Source: an uncultured Candidatus Saccharibacteria bacterium
GTDB lineage: Bacteria > Patescibacteriota > Saccharimonadia > Saccharimonadales > CAIOMD01
Length of the DNA: 28,896 nucleotides
Direction of reading: 5' to 3'
Assembly: GCA_964616505.1 (NCBI GenBank)
Contig: CAZTUU010000002.1
Span: 14,009-42,904, forward strand
In this document: one piece after another, positions 9,245-17,849 of the stretch
Layout: each line of letters starts with the position of its first letter
Numbering within the stretch: position 1 is the stretch's first letter
Made by a program: the position numbers and the translations under genes
Notes under the pieces: model-generated
What the model was told of the DNA's origin: nothing
The model's database searches: none
What the model saw: the letters and a program-made list of their open reading frames with translations, nothing else

Positions 9245-9344
9245 CCTATGTTTTTTGCCCCGAGCGGGGAGGATATTACACATAGGTTGATTCATTAATA
9301 ATTAATTGCCTGCATATATTAACAGATATAGATAAGATTGTCGA
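9245..9344 (-). promoter_or_regulatory. rpsB-tsf promoter and structured 5' leader
   Basis: TCGACA (9339-9344) - 17 bp - TGt-TAATAT (9316-9321); leader with outer stem CCUAUGU/ACAUAGG (9280-9286 with 9245-9251) enclosing a CCCC-GCUC-GGGG hairpin (9258-9269). Confidence 0.6.
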
Positions 9345-9355
9345 GGTTTTTGTTA

Positions 9356-9931
9356 CTAATAAAACAGTTCGATTAGATTTTTTAACAAATCAAGATCTTC
9401 TCGGTGAATAGCTTTGGATTGTTGATATTCATTGTAATAGTGATATTCCTCGGCAAGCATTTGTTCTTTTATAAAAGATGACTCAATATCGCTCAGGTTT
9501 AGGCGCATATATTCTGATTCTACTAATCCATTTACAGTTTCTACCCTACTGTATAATTCAGTTGCATCTATATCTTTTTCAAAATAAAAACTTTTTTTAT
9601 ATTCTACGGAACTATACTCCGAGACCCGTTCTTCTCTACTAAATATTGCCTTAAAATTTGAAGTCAAAATAGGTAATGATTGATCGGCATCAAGAGCAAA
9701 ACTATCATCTTGATATTCTAATGCAATGCTGCCCCAGCCTTTGTCTGAAAATCCCTTAAATAGTATGGAGTAATTATCCAAAATGATACGAAATACATGA
9801 CGATTCTTGTCATCAGTTGTAAACTCTCCCTGAGCAACAATAATTTCTATTAGCTCTTTATGGATATTAACTAAATCTTCAGATATTGTATTGCCAGATT
9901 CTGGGCTAATATTGTCAATGGATTCACCCAT
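9356..9931 (-). CDS. Hypothetical acidic protein
   Basis: 191-aa ORF filling the rpsB-rpmE gap; no motif recognised; about 38 D/E versus 18 K/R by manual count. Confidence 0.7.
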   Translation of the reverse strand: MGESIDNISPESGNTISEDLVNIHKELIEIIVAQGEFTTDDKNRHVFRIILDNYSILFKGFSDKGWGSIALEYQDDSFALDADQSLPILTSNFKAIFSREERVSEYSSVEYKKSFYFEKDIDATELYSRVETVNGLVESEYMRLNLSDIESSFIKEQMLAEEYHYYNEYQQSKAIHREDLDLLKNLIELFY

Positions 9932-9987
9932 AACTCTACCATTATCTCATAACCATAGATTTTTAGAGCTTCAACCCCTGTATATTC

Positions 9988-10016
9988 TTGACCTAACTCA
10001 CTTTTTAAAGTATACT
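9988..10016 (+). promoter_or_regulatory. Sigma70-type promoter for rpmE
   Basis: TTGACC (9988-9993) - 17 bp - TATACT (10011-10016). Confidence 0.7.
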
Positions 10017-10103
10017 TGTGCGGAACAAAGAACAAATAAACTAACTGCGGTGACTCGCCGCTAACTAGTGTTCTACAATAATTAAAGAGTTTACAGGATT
10101 TTT

Positions 10104-10301
10104 ATGAAGAAAGAATTACACCCAACAGATTATCGTACAGTTGTGTTCGAAGATCTTAACAATGGTTTTAAAATTTTAACTAAATCTACTATTAAGTCTA
10201 CCGATGTAGCTGTCTGGGAAGACGGCCAAGAATATCCAATAGTAAAAGTGCATATTAGTAGTGCTAGCCACCCCTTCTACACAGGCGACGAAAAGCTGTA
10301 A
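10104..10301 (+). CDS. rpmE: 50S ribosomal protein L31, type B (Zn-free); ends at a premature TAA
   Basis: MKKELHPTDYRTVVFED, WEDGQEYP, ISSASHPFYTG; no CxxC; stops before the conserved D..GRV.KF motif. Confidence 0.93.
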   Translation: MKKELHPTDYRTVVFEDLNNGFKILTKSTIKSTDVAVWEDGQEYPIVKVHISSASHPFYTGDEKL

Positions 10302-10469
10302 GATATACAGGCTCGTGTCGACAAATTTAAAGCTCGACAAGAAGCTGCAGCAAAAGCTAAAGCCGCCAAAACTACAAAAAGTAAAGTGACTAAAACTGTT
10401 GTAGACACAAAAAGTATAAAAGAAGATGTAGTTGAAAAATCTTCAAAAAAAACAGATAAAACTAAGTAA
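10302..10469 (+). pseudogene. rpmE: Stranded in-frame C-terminal part of L31 beyond the TAA
   Basis: The same frame continues for 55 codons: DIQARVDKFKARQEAAAKAKAAKTTKSKVTKTVVDTKSIKEDVVEKSSKKTDKTK, then TAA at 10467-10469. Confidence 0.8.
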
Positions 10470-10490
10470 TATATTAAAAAACAATCAAAT

Positions 10491-10550
10491 AAAACAGGGC
10501 TGGGCAATCACTAAATGAAATTTCAGATAGTAATTGCCACAGCCCTTTTT
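10491..10550. terminator. Long imperfect palindrome between convergent rpmE and GT2 genes, probable bidirectional terminator
   Basis: AGGGCTG-GGCAAT-ACTA-TGAAA / TTTCA-TAGT-ATTGCC-CAGCCCT, flanked by AAAA and TTTTT. Confidence 0.7.
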
Positions 10551-10562
10551 GATAGTTTGTTA

Positions 10563-10583
10563 ATCCAGTCCTATCAACTGGAT
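10563..10583. terminator. Second short hairpin 3' of the GT2 gene
   Basis: ATCCAGT (10563-10569) / ACTGGAT (10577-10583), 7-nt loop; U-tract poor. Confidence 0.35.
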
Positions 10584-10596
10584 ATTTGTTCACACT

Positions 10597-12018
10597 TCAC
10601 TTCCCTAACCAGAATGACCAACTAATAAGATACTCTGTGTAGTTATAAATAACGTTGGTAGCAAATAGCAATGCCACCGGTATAACTGACCATGGAGAAA
10701 TTATTAGCTTAAGCCACCAGGGACTATGTACATGGTCATCTGGATATTTGCCGCGCTTAAGTTTAACCAAAAACCGCCGCGTGACATATACCCTGTACGC
10801 ACACACACGAGTCAAAAAGTTGAAAAGACCATACAATGGATAAACCAACACTACCCAAAGTGGACCTTTTCTACCTATACGTACCCAAGAAATAACCTCT
10901 AAGATCGTATAAGTTCCCCATGTAATGAAAAAATACCATGGGTACAGCAACAAGATGGGCAGCGTTAACGCACGCAAAGGATCTAGAGCAAGTACCGCAA
11001 AAAGGTTATATGCGGCATCTAGCCTTAGCGATCTCCGAACTCCCTTTTTAAAAATTAACTTAAAGTAGTTCGGTATATTTGCGTACATCCCTGGCCACCA
11101 ACCAAATACCCGCTGATTCCATAATTGATTTATAGAATTTGGTGCTTCGGTTATAACTTTACTGTCAACTAATGCTACGCCTCTGGTGTTACTAAATAGA
11201 TGTAGAAGTAGTGTACGTTGCAGATCCTCACCCGGAAACTCTGTAGAGTGCATCTCTATTTGTTCGAGTAGTACCTCCCTTCGGAACAATCCAATTGCTC
11301 CAGAAATATTCTGGACCGACCCAGAACTGCCATGTGCTTGCTTTGCGGCATTTGATTTACGATACTCAAATGCCTGTAAATCAGTTAGCCAATTACGATC
11401 AGCTACCTCTACACTATAGGCTACAGCCCCATAGCCTTTATCTAGCAATTCGGTTGGGATACTCGTCTCCTTTAGCAAACAAGTATCATCATCCAAAATC
11501 AAGACATAGGGGCTTAGAACATTAATTAAGGCATTATTAATCGCCCTAACCTTACCGATTGGCTCTGGATTATTCAAATATCGAACTCCCAGATTTTTAA
11601 CTAGTTTGAGCGTTTTACCGCCATCTGTTGCACCATTAATTGATACGACGATTTGGTTAGCCGAGAATCCTTTAGCAAACAGACTATTAACCGTGTTATC
11701 AATAACTCCAGCACTATTATGAGCCGGAATTATTATGTTTACTTTTCCCAGATCCTCACTACCTGTGCGAGCCGCATTTGGTAACCGAAGTTCTATATAC
11801 CAACGTATACCGTCGATTAACCAGATTGGCATAAGCACTAATAGATATGTCCAGCTAAAGCTCTCTATAACAAAACCATTTGTTTGAATAATTGCATATG
11901 CAATAACATATGCAATTATTAAAATCAGCATCATGTCTGCTGACCATTTGTCTGAACGACTTATCAGGCATACTTCGATCCACTCTACAAATCGTCTTAT
12001 TCTTGTGGTTGTGAACAA
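10597..12018 (-). CDS. Membrane-embedded processive-type family 2 glycosyltransferase (PgaC/IcaA/cellulose-synthase-like architecture)
   Basis: IIIPAHN, GKVRAIN, LILDDD (DxD), SGAIGLFR, GED 36 residues before a QRVFGWW (QxxRW-like) motif; TM helices at both ends. Start moved from 12051 to TTG at 12018 because of a strong SD (AGGAGGTG, 12025-12032). Confidence 0.88.
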   Translation of the reverse strand: MFTTTRIRRFVEWIEVCLISRSDKWSADMMLILIIAYVIAYAIIQTNGFVIESFSWTYLLVLMPIWLIDGIRWYIELRLPNAARTGSEDLGKVNIIIPAHNSAGVIDNTVNSLFAKGFSANQIVVSINGATDGGKTLKLVKNLGVRYLNNPEPIGKVRAINNALINVLSPYVLILDDDTCLLKETSIPTELLDKGYGAVAYSVEVADRNWLTDLQAFEYRKSNAAKQAHGSSGSVQNISGAIGLFRREVLLEQIEMHSTEFPGEDLQRTLLLHLFSNTRGVALVDSKVITEAPNSINQLWNQRVFGWWPGMYANIPNYFKLIFKKGVRRSLRLDAAYNLFAVLALDPLRALTLPILLLYPWYFFITWGTYTILEVISWVRIGRKGPLWVVLVYPLYGLFNFLTRVCAYRVYVTRRFLVKLKRGKYPDDHVHSPWWLKLIISPWSVIPVALLFATNVIYNYTEYLISWSFWLGK

Positions 12019-12079
12019 ACATCCCACCTCCTTAAAAAAGTACAAATTCATAGAATAATTCCATGACTTCTAATAATAT

Positions 12080-12108
12080 ACTTTACACTTTTTTTGCTTT
12101 TAAGTCAA
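12080..12108 (-). promoter_or_regulatory. Sigma70-type promoter for the GT2 gene
   Basis: TTGACT (12103-12108) - 17 bp - TAAAGT (12080-12085). Confidence 0.6.
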
Positions 12109-12183
12109 TTATACAACAGAGGTAATTATTATTTATATAAACAACTATAAACTACGTGCTGTTATCTGTATAATTGATATATT

Positions 12184-13239
12184 ATGGATCAAAAAATATC
12201 GGCATTACAATTAGAGCTTTCTGATATTAATGATAAATTAAAGGATCCCGCTATTTTTAGTGACCCAAACTACCCAAAGCTTGCGCGAAGGCAAAGTTAT
12301 TTAAAATCTACAATCAAACTTCACTCCGATATTACCCGTTTGCAAAAACAATTAATTGGAGCTCAGGCACTATCAGAGTCTGGCGATGAACTAGCCGAAC
12401 TGGCCATTGCAGAAATTGCCGAATTAGAAGAGCAAATAAATGATCTTAATGCCAAGCTAGAAGAAGCACTTACCCCTAAAAATCCAAATGATGAACGTGA
12501 TTGTATTATAGAAATTAGAGGTGGTGCCGGTGGTGATGAGTCTAGCTTATTTGCTGGCGAATTATACAAAATGTACTTTAAATACGCCGAACTTAGTGGA
12601 TTTAAAGTAGAGATCATTGACGAATCACCAAGTGAAGTCGGTGGTTTTAAGGAGATTATTTTTGCCATCAAGGGCAATAATGCCTACCGTGCATATAAAT
12701 TTGAAGCCGGTGTTCACCGTGTACAACGAGTACCAGCCACTGAAAGCCAAGGACGGATCCATACCAGCACTGTAACAGTTGCCGTATTACCAGAAGCAGA
12801 AGAAGCTGATATAGACATTAAACCTTCAGACCTACGGATCGATACCTATAGAGCTAGCGGCCATGGTGGCCAAAGTGTTAATACTACCGACAGCGCTATT
12901 CGTATTACACATATTCCAACAGGTTTAGTTGTCACATGTCAGGATGAAAAATCTCAAATAAAAAATAAAGATAAAGCTATGAAGGTTTTAAGATCACGTT
13001 TACTACAGCAAAAAATAGATGACGAACAAAAAGCGCTCAGTGACGCTCGTAAAAAACTAATTGGTAGCGGTGACAGAAGCGAGAAAATCCGAACCTATAA
13101 CTTTCCGCAAGACCGTATTACTGACCACCGCATTGGTTATAGTCGTAGCAATATACCGGCTGCACTTACTGGTGACATTCAAGACCTCATAGACAACCTA
13201 CAATCAGCCGAACGCCATCTCATCCAAGAAGATAAATAA
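12184..13239 (+). CDS. prfA: Peptide chain release factor 1
   Basis: [13 protein letters not shown] (PxT anticodon of RF1), [22 protein letters not shown]. Confidence 0.98.
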   Translation: MDQKISALQLELSDINDKLKDPAIFSDPNYPKLARRQSYLKSTIKLHSDITRLQKQLIGAQALSESGDELAELAIAEIAELEEQINDLNAKLEEALTPKNPNDERDCIIEIRGGAGGDESSLFAGELYKMYFKYAELSGFKVEIIDESPSEVGGFKEIIFAIKGNNAYRAYKFEAGVHRVQRVPATESQGRIHTSTVTVAVLPEAEEADIDIKPSDLRIDTYRASGHGGQSVNTTDSAIRITHIPTGLVVTCQDEKSQIKNKDKAMKVLRSRLLQQKIDDEQKALSDARKKLIGSGDRSEKIRTYNFPQDRITDHRIGYSRSNIPAALTGDIQDLIDNLQSAERHLIQEDK

Positions 13240-13270
13240 ATTACCCCTGTTAGTATGATAAAATAATAGA

Positions 13271-14113
13271 ATGACTTACGGTGAGTGGCTTAATATTGCT
13301 AGTAAAGAATTTGCTGCTATTGGTATTGAATCAGCGCGACTTGATAGCTTAATGTTGCTTGAATTTGTTACAAATACTAACCGCGCATATATACTTGCCA
13401 ACCCAGAAAACCCCTTGCAAGGACAGTCACTGCAAAGACTAAACAAACTACTAGAGCGAAGAAAAAACCGAGAGCCAATTGCTTATATTATTGGTAAAAA
13501 AGAGTTTTATGGACGTCAGTTTATTGTTAACAAAAAAGTTTTAGTTCCACGGCCAGAAAGCGAAGACTTTATTAATCTTTTAAAAGATATATTATGCAAT
13601 AAAACCTCCTTTTCAGAGGTTCGAAATCTTGAGAAGAAAAGACTGATAGACGTTGGTACTGGGTCTGGTTGCTTAGCTATTACTGCCAAATTAGAGTTTC
13701 CAGATATTGAAGTCTTCGGTTCAGACAAATCAGAAAGCGCACTTTCTGTAGCCAATAGTAATTCCAAAAATCTGGATGCAGAAGTTACTTTTAAAAAATC
13801 AGATCTACTTAGTAATGAACCTGTAGGTTCAATCGATATTATTTTTGCCAACCTACCCTATGTACCTTTTGATTATATAGTATCAAAAGAGGTTATTAGT
13901 GAACCATCAGAAGCTGTTTTTGCAAATAAAAACGGCTTAGATTTAATCTTTAATCTAGCTCCTCAAGCACATAAAACGCTTAAACATAATGGCATATTAT
14001 TTATAGAATCACTGCCAGAGCAGCAGCTAATAATTAAGAATCTATACAAAAAATCTGGATTTAAATTTATTAATAAAGCTGGGTTGGTACAAGTATTTTT
14101 AAAATCTAATTAG
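13271..14113 (+). CDS. prmC: Release factor glutamine methyltransferase
   Basis: EPIAYIIGKKEFYG, VLVPRPESE, DVGTGSGC, NLPY (NPPY variant); follows prfA. Confidence 0.95.
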   Translation: MTYGEWLNIASKEFAAIGIESARLDSLMLLEFVTNTNRAYILANPENPLQGQSLQRLNKLLERRKNREPIAYIIGKKEFYGRQFIVNKKVLVPRPESEDFINLLKDILCNKTSFSEVRNLEKKRLIDVGTGSGCLAITAKLEFPDIEVFGSDKSESALSVANSNSKNLDAEVTFKKSDLLSNEPVGSIDIIFANLPYVPFDYIVSKEVISEPSEAVFANKNGLDLIFNLAPQAHKTLKHNGILFIESLPEQQLIIKNLYKKSGFKFINKAGLVQVFLKSN

Positions 14114-15284
14114 TATTTGGAGAAACTTCTAAAGTAGCTTTAACATTCTGTTCTTTGCCATCTCTATTTATGGTTAAGTCTACTACTTCTCCTACTTTAT
14201 ATTTGCCCAGCAAGCTAGCTAGCACATTTTTTTCAGTTATATCTTTGCCGTTAACTTTAACAATAATGTCTCCTTCTTTTAGACCGGCTTTATCCGCTGG
14301 GCTACCGTTTATAACGGCCAAGTTTTGGTCTGTTGCTTTAAGCCAAGCACCATTGCTAGCTGGTAAATTATACTTTGCCTGTAGTTCTGGGGTTATAATT
14401 ACGTAACGTACGCCTAAATATGGTACTTCTAACTTACCAGTATTTAAGATACTTTCTATCTGCACTTTTAGATCGTTAATTGGTATAGAAAACCCAATAT
14501 TTTGGGCTGTGCCACCAGCAACTGCTGTATTTATGCCTATAATCTCACTGTTCATGTTAACGAGTGGCCCACCAGAGTTACCTGGATTTATAGCTGCATC
14601 CGTCTGAAACAAATTAGTCAAAGCCTCGGCATTAGTTGACCCACCGCCTGCAGTAATTGGACGTCCTTGACCAGAAATTATTCCACTAGTTACTGTATTT
14701 TCGAACTCACCCAAGGCATAGCCGATTGCTACAACACCATCACCTGTTTGCATTTTAGAAGAATCACCCAATTTTGCCGGGGTTAAACCTTTTACGCCGC
14801 TAATTTTTAAAAAGGCTACATCAAAATTACTGCGTGGATCTCTTGCTAAAACCTGAACATTATCATACTTTTTTCCATCATTTGTGGTGACACTTATACT
14901 ACTAGCCGTGTTTGGTATAACGTGCTTGTTAGTCACAATAATACCATCGCTTGATAAAACAATACCTGTACCAGCACCAGTAGTGGGCTGAGTATTAGAA
15001 TCACCAAATATTGGATTTGTTGCATTGGCACTTGCTGCGCTTTCTATGTTAATCGACACCACACTAGGGCTAACATTTTTTGCGATAGAACTAATAAGCT
15101 GACTTTGACTAGATACAATCTGTTGCTGACCATTTGGAGTATTTAATGATGTTATACGAAGTGGCATTATTCTAGAGCCCAATAGCCCACCCACAAAACC
15201 AGCAATCAACGCTAAAACAATTAATATCGTAGTTGTAATTTTATGCTTATTTTTAGATGTTTCTTTTTGACTATTTGAACTCAC
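14106..15284 (-). CDS. htrA: HtrA/DegP-like serine protease with N-terminal TM anchor and one PDZ domain
   Basis: GTGIVL, TNKHV, QTDAAINPGNSGGPL, SPADKAGLKEGDII. Confidence 0.95.
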   Translation of the reverse strand: MSSNSQKETSKNKHKITTTILIVLALIAGFVGGLLGSRIMPLRITSLNTPNGQQQIVSSQSQLISSIAKNVSPSVVSINIESAASANATNPIFGDSNTQPTTGAGTGIVLSSDGIIVTNKHVIPNTASSISVTTNDGKKYDNVQVLARDPRSNFDVAFLKISGVKGLTPAKLGDSSKMQTGDGVVAIGYALGEFENTVTSGIISGQGRPITAGGGSTNAEALTNLFQTDAAINPGNSGGPLVNMNSEIIGINTAVAGGTAQNIGFSIPINDLKVQIESILNTGKLEVPYLGVRYVIITPELQAKYNLPASNGAWLKATDQNLAVINGSPADKAGLKEGDIIVKVNGKDITEKNVLASLLGKYKVGEVVDLTINRDGKEQNVKATLEVSPNTN

Positions 15285-15317
15285 AGTTGGTACTTGCTCC
15301 GATAATTACAATATTTA

Positions 15318-16067
15318 CTATACTGTTTTATCCTGCCAATCTGAGAAAATGATGATAACAAGTAACAAAATTGCCATTACGCTAATTAATTGGACTTTTA
15401 GTGCTGATTTTAGACGATTATTATCATGCAAATAATATAGCGTCGCTAGACCGTAGCCCAAAACTGTTAAAACCAGCGCTATCTGAGGTAAGAAAAGATA
15501 GTCTATCATCCAATGGCCTAATATCCAGGCCATTACAGCACCAAACCAAGCCCATATTTGTGATATAGATCTAACAAGAGGCTCCTCAAAAGCACCCAAA
15601 AAATGTCTGGCACAAGCATAGCAGATTACCCAAGTTACTACTATACCTATAAGTAGTGAGCTGCCCGGAAAGGCTCTATAAAATGCAATTAGACCAAGCG
15701 CCTGTGCTAAAAGTGCCTGAATCATAACTGGTATAGGTTTCGATTTTGGCTTTATCCATAGTAACCATGCAATATAAAAAACCATCCAAAATAGCTGCGT
15801 ATACAGTTTTGTAGTTCCTGCCATAAAGGCAACAACAGATAATCCAATAAGAATATCTACCAAATTAGCTCTAATATTTGATAGCCAGTATCTAGGTTTT
15901 ATTGCTAAGGTACGCCATTTAGATAGTAATACTAAAGCAATAGCAATTGGTACAAAGTTCATACGTACCAAACATAAAATTAGTATTGGCAGTAATGCAT
16001 TAAGTATAAAATGCAAGGCATGCGCCATACCTGATTCTGGTCTAATTTTATTAAATAATTTCTTCAT
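15318..16067 (-). CDS. Hypothetical multi-pass membrane protein
   Basis: 249 aa with about 8 hydrophobic segments; 9 bp behind the LCP gene, same strand; no family recognised. Confidence 0.8.
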   Translation of the reverse strand: MKKLFNKIRPESGMAHALHFILNALLPILILCLVRMNFVPIAIALVLLSKWRTLAIKPRYWLSNIRANLVDILIGLSVVAFMAGTTKLYTQLFWMVFYIAWLLWIKPKSKPIPVMIQALLAQALGLIAFYRAFPGSSLLIGIVVTWVICYACARHFLGAFEEPLVRSISQIWAWFGAVMAWILGHWMIDYLFLPQIALVLTVLGYGLATLYYLHDNNRLKSALKVQLISVMAILLLVIIIFSDWQDKTV

Positions 16068-16076
16068 ATTTTTTAA

Positions 16077-17702
16077 TTATTGTCCTACTACAACCACAAA
16101 GTCAGCTGAATATGGAGTTAGGTCCATCCCTTTAATACTTTTAACAGCTTTGGTGCCTAGTCGATTTTCTAGATATTTTTGAGTATATTTTTTAGACCCT
16201 TTTGTATTATCTACTAAAGTTGTTCCATACACCCCACTACTTGGAGCATCCGCCACTTGAGTAACATTATAACCGTAGCTCTTTAATTCATCAGCACGTT
16301 TTTGTGCAGCACCACTAACGCCAGAGCCGTTAAGCACAATAATGCTTGGGTTTTCTTTAATAATATATCCATCTTTTAGCTGACTACGCACAAAATTAAT
16401 AACCGCTGAATAGTTATCTATGCCCGCTACAGGTAAAACGACAGACTGGCTGCCAACATTACCGGTAGTAACCACAGCCGACTTAGGGTCTGCTAAATCT
16501 ACATGATTAATACTGCTAGAATTAATCTTTTTAGATAGATCATATAAACGCATCATATTAGTAATAGATAAGTTAGTTTTGACCCTATTACCCAGAGTAT
16601 CAAGCAACCCCGTGACTTTTACTGGGTTAGAAAAAGTACCTAGTGAAAGTACTTTATCTTTTATACCTACCATAATGGTTTGTTGGTGTTCGCCACGATC
16701 AAAATCCCCTCTTTGGGCACCATAACGAGATCTAGCATAAGCTAATGCTATGCCGCCATCTAGGTGTTGTGGACCCTTTTTAAGACTAAAATATTTTTTA
16801 CCTACAAGCATGGTTGGATCACTGTAATCTTCTGGAATATTTACATCAATACCACCAATTGCATTAACCGCATCCTGAAAAGCTGTAAAATCTACGGTTG
16901 AATAATAGTGTATGGGCACGCCCATATAATCTTCTACTACTTTTTCTATCGCCGCCTCTCCAGCTACCTCTGCCGCCACCTTATCTTTAGGATTTTTATA
17001 CAATGACTGTCCTTTGGCACTTGTATATACAGCATTAATTTTCATTGGCCAAAGACCGTCTGGTTTTACCCATAAATCACGAGGTATACTCAGTAATGTC
17101 ACACCATTATTAATGGGGTCAATGCTGGCAATCATCATGCTATCTGTCAAATCGCCGCCCTCGTGTGCTTCACCGCCCTTACCCATCAGCAAAATGTTAA
17201 CTCTACCATCACCTTCACCATTTAATTTGTTAGCGTCTACTTTGCCATTTAATGCCAGGGAATTACCTCCACCTTTTAATACTTTATGGGCATTCCACCA
17301 TGCTTTTCCAAATATCCAACCACTAACACCCAAAACCAATATCACAACAACTAGACTGCTCCGCATAAATATCTTCCAGCCTTTTGAACGTTGTTTTTTG
17401 CCTCTATTTTGTCTATTTGGTGGTAAATTAGCAGGAGATGCTAATTTACGAGCTAACCTTACGCTGTCTAAGTTTTGCTTACTGGCATTTTTATTGTTAT
17501 CTAGCGGACGAGCAACTGCTCTAGCACTAAAACCTTCCGGCTTATTAAAATTATCAAGTAATGCAGGCTTATTAGCTAAAGCCGTGGGCTGGGACTTTTC
17601 CTGAGCAGTATGTAGTCTTAATCTAGGCTGGCGTGGCCCAGTTGCCAGCATTCCATCCATTGTTCCCTTTTTATTTGGTTTATCAGATTGAAATTTATAC
17701 AT
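16077..17702 (-). CDS. LCP (LytR-CpsA-Psr) family glycopolymer transferase with C-terminal LytR_C domain
   Basis: Basic N-terminal tail, one TM helix, NILLMG, DSMMIASID, SIPRD, ALAYARSR..GDFDRG; C-terminal VLNGSGVSGAA...LKSYGY. Confidence 0.93.
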   Translation of the reverse strand: MYKFQSDKPNKKGTMDGMLATGPRQPRLRLHTAQEKSQPTALANKPALLDNFNKPEGFSARAVARPLDNNKNASKQNLDSVRLARKLASPANLPPNRQNRGKKQRSKGWKIFMRSSLVVVILVLGVSGWIFGKAWWNAHKVLKGGGNSLALNGKVDANKLNGEGDGRVNILLMGKGGEAHEGGDLTDSMMIASIDPINNGVTLLSIPRDLWVKPDGLWPMKINAVYTSAKGQSLYKNPKDKVAAEVAGEAAIEKVVEDYMGVPIHYYSTVDFTAFQDAVNAIGGIDVNIPEDYSDPTMLVGKKYFSLKKGPQHLDGGIALAYARSRYGAQRGDFDRGEHQQTIMVGIKDKVLSLGTFSNPVKVTGLLDTLGNRVKTNLSITNMMRLYDLSKKINSSSINHVDLADPKSAVVTTGNVGSQSVVLPVAGIDNYSAVINFVRSQLKDGYIIKENPSIIVLNGSGVSGAAQKRADELKSYGYNVTQVADAPSSGVYGTTLVDNTKGSKKYTQKYLENRLGTKAVKSIKGMDLTPYSADFVVVVGQ

Positions 17703-17849
17703 ACAAAAACAGCTTATATTATATCAAATTTGTGGTATCTTGCGAATAATATATGTAAAACGTGCAAACCACTGTTATGCCAATAGTTTGCCATCTAAAT
17801 TTTATAATTTTAAATCAAAATATAGTTTTTTAGTTTACAATTAATTACT

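Noticed and set aside
10299-10301. Alternative genetic code as the explanation for the rpmE stop
   Set aside because: TAA, TAG and TGA all end intact conserved genes here (e.g. greA TAA, lysS TAG, nrdR TGA), so stop reassignment is unsupported.
10277-10507. 76-aa minus-strand ORF downstream of rpmE
   Set aside because: It is the antisense shadow of the stranded L31 C-terminal coding sequence.
10597-12018. GC-content evidence for horizontal transfer of GT2
   Set aside because: Spot counts of four lines (33-48% GC) overlap what conserved genes such as nrdJ show, so composition alone is not convincing.
12019-12051. ORF-track start for GT2 at ATG 12051
   Set aside because: The strong SD AGGAGGTG lies inside this extension and points to TTG at 12018.
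16681-16710. LCP RGEHQQ lacking the final conserved Arg
   Set aside because: R..NQ/HQ variants are known in CpsA/Psr-type LCP proteins, so this is not evidence of inactivation.
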